Shown: one piece after another, positions 27,964-36,886 of the stretch | How the letters are laid out: the number at the start of each line of letters is the position of its first letter | Position numbering within the stretch: the stretch's first letter is position 1 | Origin: a virus | Virus record (IMG/VR): IMGVR_UViG_3300027759_000051 | DNA: 64,000 nt | Reading direction: 5' to 3' (one strand) | Position numbers and translations under genes: made by a program | The notes under the pieces: model-generated | Seen by the model: the letters and a program-made list of their open reading frames with translations, nothing else | Database searches by the model: none | What the model was told of the DNA's origin: nothing

Positions 27964-28003
27964 ATGCAGAAGCCGGGAGATTAAATTCTTCCGGCTTCTG
28001 CAT
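27964..28003. other. Perfect 13-bp inverted repeat
   Basis: ATGCAGAAGCCGG...CCGGCTTCTGCAT. Confidence 0.7.
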
Positions 28004-28019
28004 GTAGTAGGTTTGTTTC

Positions 28020-28550
28020 ATGAACCTCATGGGGCTAGACCTCTCATTAACGTCTACTGGTTATTGCATCAATGAGGAACCTTCTGTCATAAAAACAAAA
28101 TTTAAAGGGGCGGAAAGACTTTCAGTTATCTCTAACTTGATACTTGAAGCCGCCATTGGAAAAAATGTTAATTTAGTGCTAATTGAAGGTTATGCATTTG
28201 GGGCTAGGAATAGTCAGTCGCACAGCATTGGCGAACTTGGAGGGGCGGTGAGGATGAAACTCTGGGAATCCAAGATCCCATTTGTTGATATCCCACCAAC
28301 GTGCAGAGCAAAGTTTGCAACAGGAAAAGGTAATGCAAGCAAGAACGAAGTCATCTCTTCAATATCTGCAAAAACTGGAATTGTTTGGGCTGGATCTGGA
28401 GCAGATGATATGTGTGATGCTTGGATTCTTGAGCAAATGGCTATAGCGAAACTTGGTATTTCAAGATATGATTGGACGCAATTACAACTATCTGCCCTAG
28501 ACAGTATTGAATGGGGACTACTGAAGGAGATTGATATTGAACAGATCTAA
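28020..28550 (+). CDS. RuvC-like Holliday junction resolvase
   Basis: GLDLSLTSTG, LIEGYAFG, KFATGKGNASK, DDMCDA. Confidence 0.85.
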   Translation: MNLMGLDLSLTSTGYCINEEPSVIKTKFKGAERLSVISNLILEAAIGKNVNLVLIEGYAFGARNSQSHSIGELGGAVRMKLWESKIPFVDIPPTCRAKFATGKGNASKNEVISSISAKTGIVWAGSGADDMCDAWILEQMAIAKLGISRYDWTQLQLSALDSIEWGLLKEIDIEQI

Positions 28551-28875
28551 TCCTATTAGCCAAGTTGACGTAGAGTCGGAAATTCTCCGTCTTTTGGATG
28601 ATCTAGAGAGGGAAACTGAGGCATTTGAAACCCTCGCAGTTGATTCCTCAAAAAAAGAAGCTCTTTACAAATCAAACTGGGCTAAAGAATATCTTTCGGC
28701 AAAAGGATCAATCAAGGAAAGAGAGGCATGGGCAGACTACAAGATGGACACCATTGCCTATGACCTAAAAATAGCTGAAGCGCTAACCAAGTCAAAGCGC
28801 GAGAAGCTGCTAAGTCTCAGAACGGCGATTGACGCCATGAGAACACTAAACGCTAACGTAAGGGCTCAGGTATGA
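28531..28875 (+). CDS. Helical protein, possibly UvsY-like recombination mediator
   Basis: Coiled-coil ending IDAMRTLNANVR; context only. Confidence 0.45.
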   Translation: MILNRSNPISQVDVESEILRLLDDLERETEAFETLAVDSSKKEALYKSNWAKEYLSAKGSIKEREAWADYKMDTIAYDLKIAEALTKSKREKLLSLRTAIDAMRTLNANVRAQV

Positions 28876-29165
28876 AATTTATAAAAAAGAATAAATCACT
28901 ATTCCCAGAGAACTTAACAAAACATTGGGAATCGGCAGCGCACAGAAGATACTCAAGTATGAACGACGACGATGTTTGTCCATGGAATCTAAGTCCAAAG
29001 ACAATTGATGAATTCGTACTAGCATGCGATAAGCGCAATGAGTGGCACAAGAGTAATGCCGGAGACCATCGCTATTCTTGGTGGTCATGCCTATTGACGC
29101 ACGACTTAATGGAAGACATCGCAAGAACATTAAAGGAAGTTAAAGATGCCCAACGGAATACATGA
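28872..29165 (+). CDS. Hypothetical protein
   Basis: ATGA-coupled 97-aa ORF. Confidence 0.55.
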   Translation: MKFIKKNKSLFPENLTKHWESAAHRRYSSMNDDDVCPWNLSPKTIDEFVLACDKRNEWHKSNAGDHRYSWWSCLLTHDLMEDIARTLKEVKDAQRNT

Positions 29166-29925
29166 GTCGTTAAAAAACTTATCAGTTGAAGTTAATACGC
29201 TTTCTCCGCTCGATGGTAATCCAAGAATTGGAGACGTTGATGCGATCATGGCTTCATATAAAGAATTTGGTCAATTAAAGCCGATAGTTGCCAAAAAAAA
29301 CGACGACGGAACAGCAACAGTAATTGCCGGAAACCATCAATTAGCTGCCGCAATACAACTTGGGTGGGACAAGATTGCAGTTGTTTTCATTGAGGCTGAC
29401 GACAAGAGGGCGATTGCTTACGCTATTGCTGACAACAGAACCATGGAACTCGGGTATACCGAGCCAGAGTTGCTTGAGAACATGTTAAATGAAATATCTG
29501 ATTACTACCCAGAGTTACTGGACGGTCTTGGCTGGGACGAGTTTGACATGGCAGAGATTGAGCAATCTTCACTGCGTGAAGGTTCTGAACTTTCCACCAG
29601 TGGAGTCTACTCAACTCCAGTAATGGTTGACCAAAAACCAAAGTTTGACGATCCCGTAAGACTTCACGTAGAAGAAGACGAGGATGGCGATAGGAAAATA
29701 GTTGCTTCGCCCGGAATGGATCACAACGATATAGCAATCAGGGGTTCAACGATAAACTCACCTTCGCCACAGGCTGTCGTTCAGTACACATTAGTGTTTG
29801 ATAACACGGATCAGCAAGCAATTTGGTATGACTTCATAAGGTGGCTAAGGAATGATCCAGCAATTGTTGGGTCAACAACCGCAGAACGCTTAGTTGATTT
29901 CATACAGGCACGCACAGAGGTATGA
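29146..29925 (+). CDS. ParB/Srx N-terminal domain protein
   Basis: NPRIGDVDAIMASYKEFGQLKPIV, VIAGNHQL.AA, AIADNRT. Confidence 0.8.
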   Translation: MPNGIHESLKNLSVEVNTLSPLDGNPRIGDVDAIMASYKEFGQLKPIVAKKNDDGTATVIAGNHQLAAAIQLGWDKIAVVFIEADDKRAIAYAIADNRTMELGYTEPELLENMLNEISDYYPELLDGLGWDEFDMAEIEQSSLREGSELSTSGVYSTPVMVDQKPKFDDPVRLHVEEDEDGDRKIVASPGMDHNDIAIRGSTINSPSPQAVVQYTLVFDNTDQQAIWYDFIRWLRNDPAIVGSTTAERLVDFIQARTEV

Positions 29926-31064
29926 CAAGACAGAGAATGTTCCTTGACATGACATGTGTTGAGGCTGCTAGGCAGAGAATAAGACACGTATACGATACTT
30001 TTGACACCGTATGCGTTCAGTTCTCTGGAGGCAAGGACTCAACAGCAGTTATGTACCTCGCAAAAGAGATACACGAAGAGCGTGGACTCGGCCCGGTGAA
30101 AGTTATCTTCAGAGATGAAGAAATGGTTAGTCCAGCGACAATCAAGTATGTTGAGAAGGTTCGCAATTACGACTGGGTTGACATGGAATGGTATTGCCTT
30201 CCATACCCAGCGGAGATATGGATACTTGGAACCAGAGTAACAACACTGCTATGGAGTAATGCCAGAAAAGAACAGGGAAGGCTTGTCAGAGATATTCCTG
30301 AATGGGCAATTACTGGAGAAAACTTCGGGCTGACTCATGATGTCTCTCTTCCAGAACAGACTGATTACTACACCATGCAGGGAAAGACTGGAAACGTAGC
30401 TTTCATCACTGGAGTTAGAGCCAGTGAGTCAATGGTTCGCTACAGGTCATGCGTACAGAAGTTACACGAAAGCTACATAGTTACTCCGTACAAGTTGAAG
30501 CGCAGTATTCCAATGAAGTTCGCAAAGATCATTTACGACTGGAATACGAATGATGTATTCAAGTATATAATTGATGAGCATGACGCTGACTTTTGTGAGT
30601 ACTACGAACTGGCTGCAATGACGGGAAGTAATACAAGAATTGGCATTCCTCTTCACAGCGTGGCGATTAGGAGAATAGGTGACGTTGTGGCAACTGAGCC
30701 AGAATTCTATGATCGCCTCTTCGAGTGCTTCCCTGACATTGATGCTCAAAAAAGATGGTGGCCTGATTTTGATATTGAAAAACTTATTTTAAAGTATTCG
30801 GAAAAAGGATTTGACGGAGCATCTGCGTTCATCAACGATTACTTAATTGGTGACAGGAGAAAAATGGAGGCCAAGGCTTATGTCGCCAAGTTTAGGAAAA
30901 AACACTTTGAGAGTCCTTCCTCTTACCCGATAAGTTGGCTAATAAGAAACCTCGCCTTAAATGATATAGATGTAAATTCACCAAGCCCAGTCGGACCTGG
31001 AACTAGGGCTTATACCGTTCGTGAAATGGAAACAGAGAAAAGTAATGAACATCCCGAAGATTGA
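29922..31064 (+). CDS. PAPS-reductase-family (IbrA/DndC-like) PP-loop protein
   Basis: QFSGGKDS, FRDEE, GVRASES..R, IYDWNTNDVF. Confidence 0.82.
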   Translation: MTRQRMFLDMTCVEAARQRIRHVYDTFDTVCVQFSGGKDSTAVMYLAKEIHEERGLGPVKVIFRDEEMVSPATIKYVEKVRNYDWVDMEWYCLPYPAEIWILGTRVTTLLWSNARKEQGRLVRDIPEWAITGENFGLTHDVSLPEQTDYYTMQGKTGNVAFITGVRASESMVRYRSCVQKLHESYIVTPYKLKRSIPMKFAKIIYDWNTNDVFKYIIDEHDADFCEYYELAAMTGSNTRIGIPLHSVAIRRIGDVVATEPEFYDRLFECFPDIDAQKRWWPDFDIEKLILKYSEKGFDGASAFINDYLIGDRRKMEAKAYVAKFRKKHFESPSSYPISWLIRNLALNDIDVNSPSPVGPGTRAYTVREMETEKSNEHPED

Positions 31065-31602
31065 GATTGTGCCCATTGATGAATTAGTCGTCCCTAGTTG
31101 GAGAGCAACTCACACGCTGAGACCAAACTTGCTGACAGTTTCAGCCTCCTTGGTAAAGTACGGGTTCATACAACCGATCCACGTTATGAGCCGTAAAAAC
31201 ATAATTATTGACGGCACGGAAAGGGTGAACCTATGCATGTCGGTAAAGAAACTATCTGAAATAAAAAGCAGTGGTATACCAGTCATTTTTCATGACATAT
31301 CTGAACAAGAAGCAATGATGATGCACCTTCAGTTCAATAGGGGAAATGGAAACATCGTTGCGAAGAGAATGTCTTCAATAGTAAGGAAGCTGTACGTTTC
31401 TAGTGCATATACAGAAAAAGACTTCAATGAAATGCTTTGCATGAAGAATTCAGAGTTTAGTTTAATGCTTGACGGATCTATTTTTAAGAATAGAAAGATA
31501 CAGGAACACAACTACTCAAGGGCGTGGGTTCCAGTAGAGGCTCCACCTGGCACGATTGACAATGGACCCTTCATAGAGAAACCGCCAAATGACGATAGGT
31601 GA
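31021..31602 (+). CDS. ParB-like (IbrB-like) protein
   Basis: SLVKYGFIQPI, IIDGTER, LQFNRGNG. Confidence 0.72.
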   Translation: MKWKQRKVMNIPKIEIVPIDELVVPSWRATHTLRPNLLTVSASLVKYGFIQPIHVMSRKNIIIDGTERVNLCMSVKKLSEIKSSGIPVIFHDISEQEAMMMHLQFNRGNGNIVAKRMSSIVRKLYVSSAYTEKDFNEMLCMKNSEFSLMLDGSIFKNRKIQEHNYSRAWVPVEAPPGTIDNGPFIEKPPNDDR

Positions 31603-31621
31603 AAGTTAAAAAAATTGAAAA

Positions 31622-31630
31622 TGCTATAAT
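31622..31630 (+). promoter_or_regulatory. Extended -10 promoter element (TGCTATAAT)
   Basis: TGnTATAAT in the intergenic gap ahead of the neck/tail operon. Confidence 0.5.
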
Positions 31631-31664
31631 CTTCTCTACCGACTATCATTAGAGGAGCAAATTT

Positions 31665-32168
31665 ATGCCTGGATTGCGCTATGGCCCAGACATTACGGAT
31701 GATGCGGCATCGTTGATGATTTCCGAAAACAAGATGAAAGCAAGGCTTCGTGCTGCGCAGAATCCAAGAACTCAGCAAACCATTAAAGCAAGACTTGCAA
31801 GACTCAATCAAACTACTCAGGATGTTTTCGGCAGTAGGGAAAACAGAAACAGACTTGCGCAGTATTCAATTGGAAATGCTGGCTATGCAAGGGGAAACAG
31901 GACTAGCGGAACAAGAAAAGCAATTAGGAGTCCATTGGGCGGACCTGCGCAGAAAGCTGGGAAAACAGGGTTTAGAGCTCGTCCCGGCATAAAGAGATCG
32001 GATGGATCACTTTATAGGCAGGCAACCGCAAGGGCTAAAGAAAACGCAGCAGAATTCAAGAAGTCAGTTAGCGCATCAAGCAGGCAGCCATCAACAACTA
32101 GGGCCAAGGCAAAACAATCAGTTGCTAAAAAAGCTCAGGCTGCCCGCAAAACTCCAAGAAAAAAATAA
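31665..32168 (+). CDS. Very basic Arg/Lys/Ala-rich protein (possible DNA-binding core protein)
   Basis: Composition; SD AGGAG. Confidence 0.6.
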   Translation: MPGLRYGPDITDDAASLMISENKMKARLRAAQNPRTQQTIKARLARLNQTTQDVFGSRENRNRLAQYSIGNAGYARGNRTSGTRKAIRSPLGGPAQKAGKTGFRARPGIKRSDGSLYRQATARAKENAAEFKKSVSASSRQPSTTRAKAKQSVAKKAQAARKTPRKK

Positions 32169-32184
32169 ATAGGCGGATGCAAGA

Positions 32185-32832
32185 ATGATAGTGACAAAAG
32201 CTGAATTAACCAATTACATGGACATCAAGCTTAGTTTGCGTCAACAGGACGCTGCTGACCTTATTCTTGCAGGTCTCCAAGGCGAATTGGAAGCATATCT
32301 TCGCAGACCAATAGAGCCGCTTGAATTTGAAGAGGAATATAGACTCCCCTCAAATCAACACGGAGTTCCGATGGGGACCTTCTTGAGTACAAATACCTCA
32401 AACCAATACTCTGACTCATTTTCAACAAACCCTGTTGACTCAATGATTTACGCAGAACCACCAAAAATGATTTATTTGAGAAACTCTCCAGTCATTGAAG
32501 TAATTTCGGTTACCGTAAAACCAGTACACGGCACACTTAGAACGTTAGTTGTTGATGACGACTACGTCGCTCATAGGTTTGGCCTTGAATATTTCTATGG
32601 TTTTGAGAATGACTTGGTCACCGTAAACTACACCGCTGGGCTTGATGGAGGTACGCTTCCTTTCCTCAAATTACTTATACTGCGCGCGGCATCACGGGAA
32701 ATGCAAAACCTGCATGATGACGTAGTTGGCGTAAAGGATCTCGAAACACGTAACGTTGGTCCGCTTGTAACTGGATTCCTTGACACGGAACTTGCATCTG
32801 TAAGCAGGTATAGGAGAAGGCGAATAGCATAA
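32185..32832 (+). CDS. Head-tail adaptor
   Basis: ELEAYLRRP, LRNSPVIEVISV, VTVNYTAG; position before neck genes. Confidence 0.7.
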   Translation: MIVTKAELTNYMDIKLSLRQQDAADLILAGLQGELEAYLRRPIEPLEFEEEYRLPSNQHGVPMGTFLSTNTSNQYSDSFSTNPVDSMIYAEPPKMIYLRNSPVIEVISVTVKPVHGTLRTLVVDDDYVAHRFGLEYFYGFENDLVTVNYTAGLDGGTLPFLKLLILRAASREMQNLHDDVVGVKDLETRNVGPLVTGFLDTELASVSRYRRRRIA

Positions 32833-33305
32833 TGGCTCCCCCCATTCTAATAACTCTCACCATTGACATTGATGAGACGATGGACAATATAAAAGACATT
32901 GAGAAAAGAAGTAGAAACTTCTCTCCCGTATGGAGATGGGCAAAGAGAAGCCTAGAAAGGTCTTTTTCTGAGAACTTCCGTGCTGGCGGTTCCTTAGTTG
33001 GTGGATGGGATCCGCTTGACGTTGGTTATTCATCGTGGAAGACTGAACATTTTCCCGGTAGAGGCAAATTGCGCGTCAGTGGCAAACTTTTCCGTAGCAT
33101 ATCAAGCCTTGATGGTGGAGTAAATAAAATTGAAAAGTTAAGCGCTACATTTGGAACAGATGTAGAATATGCAAAATTCCACCAGTATGGGACGACGAAA
33201 ATGCCATCAAGAAAAATAGTATTTGAGCCTGCTGGATTTAAGCGTGAACTCAATAAAAAAATGGTTGACTATGTTGTCAATGGTAAAAAAAGCATGGTTG
33301 ACTGA
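32832..33305 (+). CDS. Virion morphogenesis protein (Mu gpG-like)
   Basis: WDPL, SGKLFRSI, GTDVEYAKFHQYGTTKMPSR. Confidence 0.8.
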   Translation: MAPPILITLTIDIDETMDNIKDIEKRSRNFSPVWRWAKRSLERSFSENFRAGGSLVGGWDPLDVGYSSWKTEHFPGRGKLRVSGKLFRSISSLDGGVNKIEKLSATFGTDVEYAKFHQYGTTKMPSRKIVFEPAGFKRELNKKMVDYVVNGKKSMVD

Positions 33306-33952
33306 TGCCGCTTTCTTCGTATCCGCTGATGCATGGTGCTCAGTTTGCTAAATCATATGTTAACAATTATTTTAAACAGGACATACCGGTCCGCATTGTT
33401 GATTACAGAAATGGTTGGCAGGTTGACGACATAAACCTACCCACCCCAGAGGAATTCTTGGTTTACGAGCCGATAGCAATTGACTCTTGGCCGACCGTAA
33501 TAACCGTTGCAATATCAACAAGCCAGCTAGCAAGGCTTGGATTTTCTGGCCCAGATCCCCTCTACAGGGTTGCCTATCAAATGAGAACATATGTTTGGGT
33601 TAGGTGTGAAGGATCTGAAGAAGTGACGATTATGAGAGACAGGCTCACAACTGTATTGAGAGCAGCCCTTCTTGATTATCCGTGTCTCAAAGCTTACGAC
33701 GAGCGTGAGTCGTTCAGGGTAAGCATAGATGAAGGAAGCCTAAGGGAAGAGTTCTCAGACATCACGCTACTCAAGGGAGACAGGATGATGGCTGGGGCAT
33801 ATCTTGGCTACACTCTTGAAATTGATGAGATTGTATCACGTAAGCCAATTGGCACACTTTCCGAGATACAGGTTGATATCGTTCCTCACTCCATGAGCGC
33901 ATCCATCAACGTTTCTGGCAGTGTTTCAAGCCCTGAAGTAGTCGTAAATTGA
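33305..33952 (+). CDS. Neck/tail completion protein
   Basis: Size and position between the neck gene and the sheath. Confidence 0.55.
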   Translation: MPLSSYPLMHGAQFAKSYVNNYFKQDIPVRIVDYRNGWQVDDINLPTPEEFLVYEPIAIDSWPTVITVAISTSQLARLGFSGPDPLYRVAYQMRTYVWVRCEGSEEVTIMRDRLTTVLRAALLDYPCLKAYDERESFRVSIDEGSLREEFSDITLLKGDRMMAGAYLGYTLEIDEIVSRKPIGTLSEIQVDIVPHSMSASINVSGSVSSPEVVVN

Positions 33953-34082
33953 CAATATATTTACAGGAACCCTTTTATTATATTCTTTTTGATACAGTTG
34001 CATCAGATAAACCTCTATCATCTGTACAATATAATTCGTTAGGCGGGGTCAATCCCCAAGACAAGATTTATAGGAAGGTCTC

Positions 34083-35573
34083 ATGCCAGGCGTAGTTATC
34101 TCCACAGCAGTAAGAACGGGTCCTTCATCGGCAACGGTTCGCGAGTCATCACAGCTTTTCGTTGTTGGACTGGCAGAGCGCGGTCCATCCGATGAAGCTG
34201 TCCTAGTACAAAGCCTTGCCGAATTTGAAAACATATTTGGCGGTTTTTTTCTTTCAACATCGTACCTTCACCCAACGGTAGAAACCTTCTTTGAAGAAGG
34301 TGGAACTCAGGCTTACGTAGCACGCGTTGTTGGCTCATCCGCAACGACTGGCACAAGAGTATTGCTTGGAACTGCCTCAGCATCGGCTACCACCGTAATG
34401 ACGATTGATGCAACTGGCCCGGGCTCTTGGAGTTCTAACGTGTCGGTTACCGTTGAGCATGTTGGTGCATCTTCCTTCAAGGTAAAGATTCTTTACTCTT
34501 CTGTTGAGGTTTACAGCACCGGAACAGTCACTAGCCTTACTCAAGCAGCTGGAAGAATCAATAGCAGCACAATTGCTTCACGTTACGTAGTGGCAAGTGT
34601 TGCTAGCGGTCAGACTGCTCGCCCTGCCTCTGGAACACTTGCCCTTTCTGCTGGTGATTCAAACCTTGGAACAGTTGCTAACTCAACCTATATAACTGCT
34701 CTTGATCTTTTCAATGATGCTCTTGGTACTGGTGCTGTATGTATTCCAGAAGTTGAGAATGCAACAAACAACACGACATACACTGTTTCTGAAGCATTGG
34801 TAACTCATGCAAACGCAAACAGCAGAATTGCAATCCTGCATGGAGCGATAGACGATACGTCTGCTGAAGTCATTGCAAAAGCTGCATCAATCCAGGCTGA
34901 CGATAATGCTGAGCATGCAGCAATCTACTACCCATGGGTTGATGTTCCAACAACAACTGCTGGCGTTACTCGTAGAATTCCACCAGATGGCTATGTTGCT
35001 GCTAAGAGGGCACTTGCCCACAACCAGTCCGGCCCACAAGTGGCTGCAGCTGGCTTGATCTCTGCATCAAGATTTGTTTCTGGTATTGCTACGGAGATCA
35101 ACAAGACCACTGGCGATGCTCTCGATGACGCATCTGTCAACGCAATAAGAATCATCCAGAACTCTGTAAGAATCTATGGTGCTCGTTCGCTTTCATCAGA
35201 CACAGATAACTTCAGATACATAACTACTCAGGACATCGTCAATCATGTTGTCGTTGAGGCACAGAGATCACTGGAAGACCTTGTGTTCGGTGTGATTGAC
35301 GGCAGAGACACAATCTTTGCTGCAATAACTTCAAGGCTCATATCAATTCTTGCCCCAATGCGCGATATTGGTGCATTGTTCCAAGCATTTGATGCTAATG
35401 GTAAAAAAATTGACTCTGGGTTCACGGTTAGGTGCGATGCTGCTCTTAACCCTGTCTCTCAGCTTGCGGGTGGAACCGTGAAAGCAAAGGTTGGCCTTCG
35501 CACAAGTAGCGTAGGCGATAAAATAGAGGTTGAGATTACCAAGTCTAACCTCACGGCAACTGTCGTTCAATAA
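34083..35573 (+). CDS. Tail sheath protein
   Basis: MPGV start, GLAERGP, FFEEGG..AYVARV, AAIYYPWV, IPPDG, VNAIR, IYGARSLS. Confidence 0.92.
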   Translation: MPGVVISTAVRTGPSSATVRESSQLFVVGLAERGPSDEAVLVQSLAEFENIFGGFFLSTSYLHPTVETFFEEGGTQAYVARVVGSSATTGTRVLLGTASASATTVMTIDATGPGSWSSNVSVTVEHVGASSFKVKILYSSVEVYSTGTVTSLTQAAGRINSSTIASRYVVASVASGQTARPASGTLALSAGDSNLGTVANSTYITALDLFNDALGTGAVCIPEVENATNNTTYTVSEALVTHANANSRIAILHGAIDDTSAEVIAKAASIQADDNAEHAAIYYPWVDVPTTTAGVTRRIPPDGYVAAKRALAHNQSGPQVAAAGLISASRFVSGIATEINKTTGDALDDASVNAIRIIQNSVRIYGARSLSSDTDNFRYITTQDIVNHVVVEAQRSLEDLVFGVIDGRDTIFAAITSRLISILAPMRDIGALFQAFDANGKKIDSGFTVRCDAALNPVSQLAGGTVKAKVGLRTSSVGDKIEVEITKSNLTATVVQ

Positions 35574-35587
35574 CGGAGGAATGACTA

Positions 35588-36055
35588 ATGGCAAAAGTAT
35601 CTCAAAGGCAAGTTCTCGGGAGCATAGTTCCAGTTGACACACTAAAACACCCAAAGTGGACTGGATTTAAGTTCGCTCAAGTTTCTGGTGGCGAAATAAC
35701 TGCTTCAGTAGAAAAAATCTATGAAGGCGGAAAGTTGCGCCCAACAGTAATCTGTGCACCATCAGAAATAGGTGACATCACGCTTACTGCACACTATGAC
35801 GATGAAAGAATTGGTTCTGACACAGCAAGCGGAATAGCAGCAAAAATAGCTGACTTGCGCCCACTTGTTGGAAGAGCGAAGTACAACGTCACGGTAGAAA
35901 CTTTTGACTGCGACCTCGCTGTTCCTGGTACCGACAGAGTTTATGCAAATGCTCTCTTGGTTGGCATAACTGAGCCAGACGGCGACTCTTCATCTGGTGC
36001 TCCAGCAACCTTCGCTTTGACCTTTGCGGTCGAGGACGTTGAATCAGGCGCTTAA
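35588..36055 (+). CDS. Tail tube protein
   Basis: 155 aa directly after the sheath; FAQVSGGEI, DITLT, EPDGDSSSG. Confidence 0.75.
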   Translation: MAKVSQRQVLGSIVPVDTLKHPKWTGFKFAQVSGGEITASVEKIYEGGKLRPTVICAPSEIGDITLTAHYDDERIGSDTASGIAAKIADLRPLVGRAKYNVTVETFDCDLAVPGTDRVYANALLVGITEPDGDSSSGAPATFALTFAVEDVESGA

Positions 36056-36125
36056 TACTTTCTGCGCTTTAAAAATCTGCTCGTAGTTCCACTAAGCGCA
36101 ATTTTGCTGTGCTAAGTTTCCGACT

Positions 36126-36665
36126 ATGACAACAGAAAATAACTCACTCTATACTCCAGAAGAGCCAGCAAAAACACCAAAACAACCTGTTTTGGCAAAG
36201 GCTCCTGCTGATGAAACATTGTTGCAGAAACTGACCAGTACGATCAATAAAAAAGTTGAACGTCAGGCTGTCCACATAGATGTTCCAGAACGTCCCGGTG
36301 TAAGCATCAAGATTAGCCCTAACATTACTCAGAATCAGATGCGCCAGTGGAGAAAGAATGCTGGTGAGGATTCAAGAAACGGTATGGACGCAACAAAGTT
36401 TGCCTGTTCCGTTATTGGTCATACAACCGTTGGTATCTACATGAATGGCGAAGAAGTATTTGACGAAGATGGCAATGAATTGACATTTGCTTCTCCGTTA
36501 GTTCTCAAGATGACCGAAACGACACGACCACTTCCAGACTGTGTTCGTGAATTCTTTGGGGTTGACCCTCATATTGAGGCTGCCGCTCTTGCAATCCTTG
36601 ATGCTTCTGGCTACTCAGACACGGTGGAAACTGTGGACCCTACGAAGGAGTCTTCAGCGATCTAG
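36126..36665 (+). CDS. Tail assembly chaperone (gpG-like)
   Basis: Lies between tube and tape measure. Confidence 0.7.
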   Translation: MTTENNSLYTPEEPAKTPKQPVLAKAPADETLLQKLTSTINKKVERQAVHIDVPERPGVSIKISPNITQNQMRQWRKNAGEDSRNGMDATKFACSVIGHTTVGIYMNGEEVFDEDGNELTFASPLVLKMTETTRPLPDCVREFFGVDPHIEAAALAILDASGYSDTVETVDPTKESSAI

Positions 36666-36835
36666 TTGAGGACTCATCCGTAATTACGGCAGCTCGTCTT
36701 GGAGAATTATTTGGAACAGATCCAATAAGGCTATTAGATTGTAGCGAAAATGAATGGTTAATACGTCTAGCTTGTGCTACAGTAATAAGTAACGACCGCG
36801 AAGAGCAAGAACGTAAGGCAAAAGCCAAGGGGTAG
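36602..36835 (+). CDS. Tail chaperone -1 frame extension (gpT-like; no start codon of its own)
   Basis: -1 frame reads ..FSDLVEDSSVITAARLGELFGTDPIRLLDCSENEWLIRLACATVISNDREEQERKAKAKG* and fills the gap to the tape measure. Confidence 0.65.
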   Translation, partial: CFWLLRHGGNCGPYEGVFSDLVEDSSVITAARLGELFGTDPIRLLDCSENEWLIRLACATVISNDREEQERKAKAKG

Positions 36836-36886
36836 AAACCCCATTCTTACACTCACGTGATTTTCATAAAATCGTGGAGCTCGCAA

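Noticed and set aside
27700-28010. tRNA or tmRNA
   Set aside because: No cloverleaf, T-loop or tag frame recognised.
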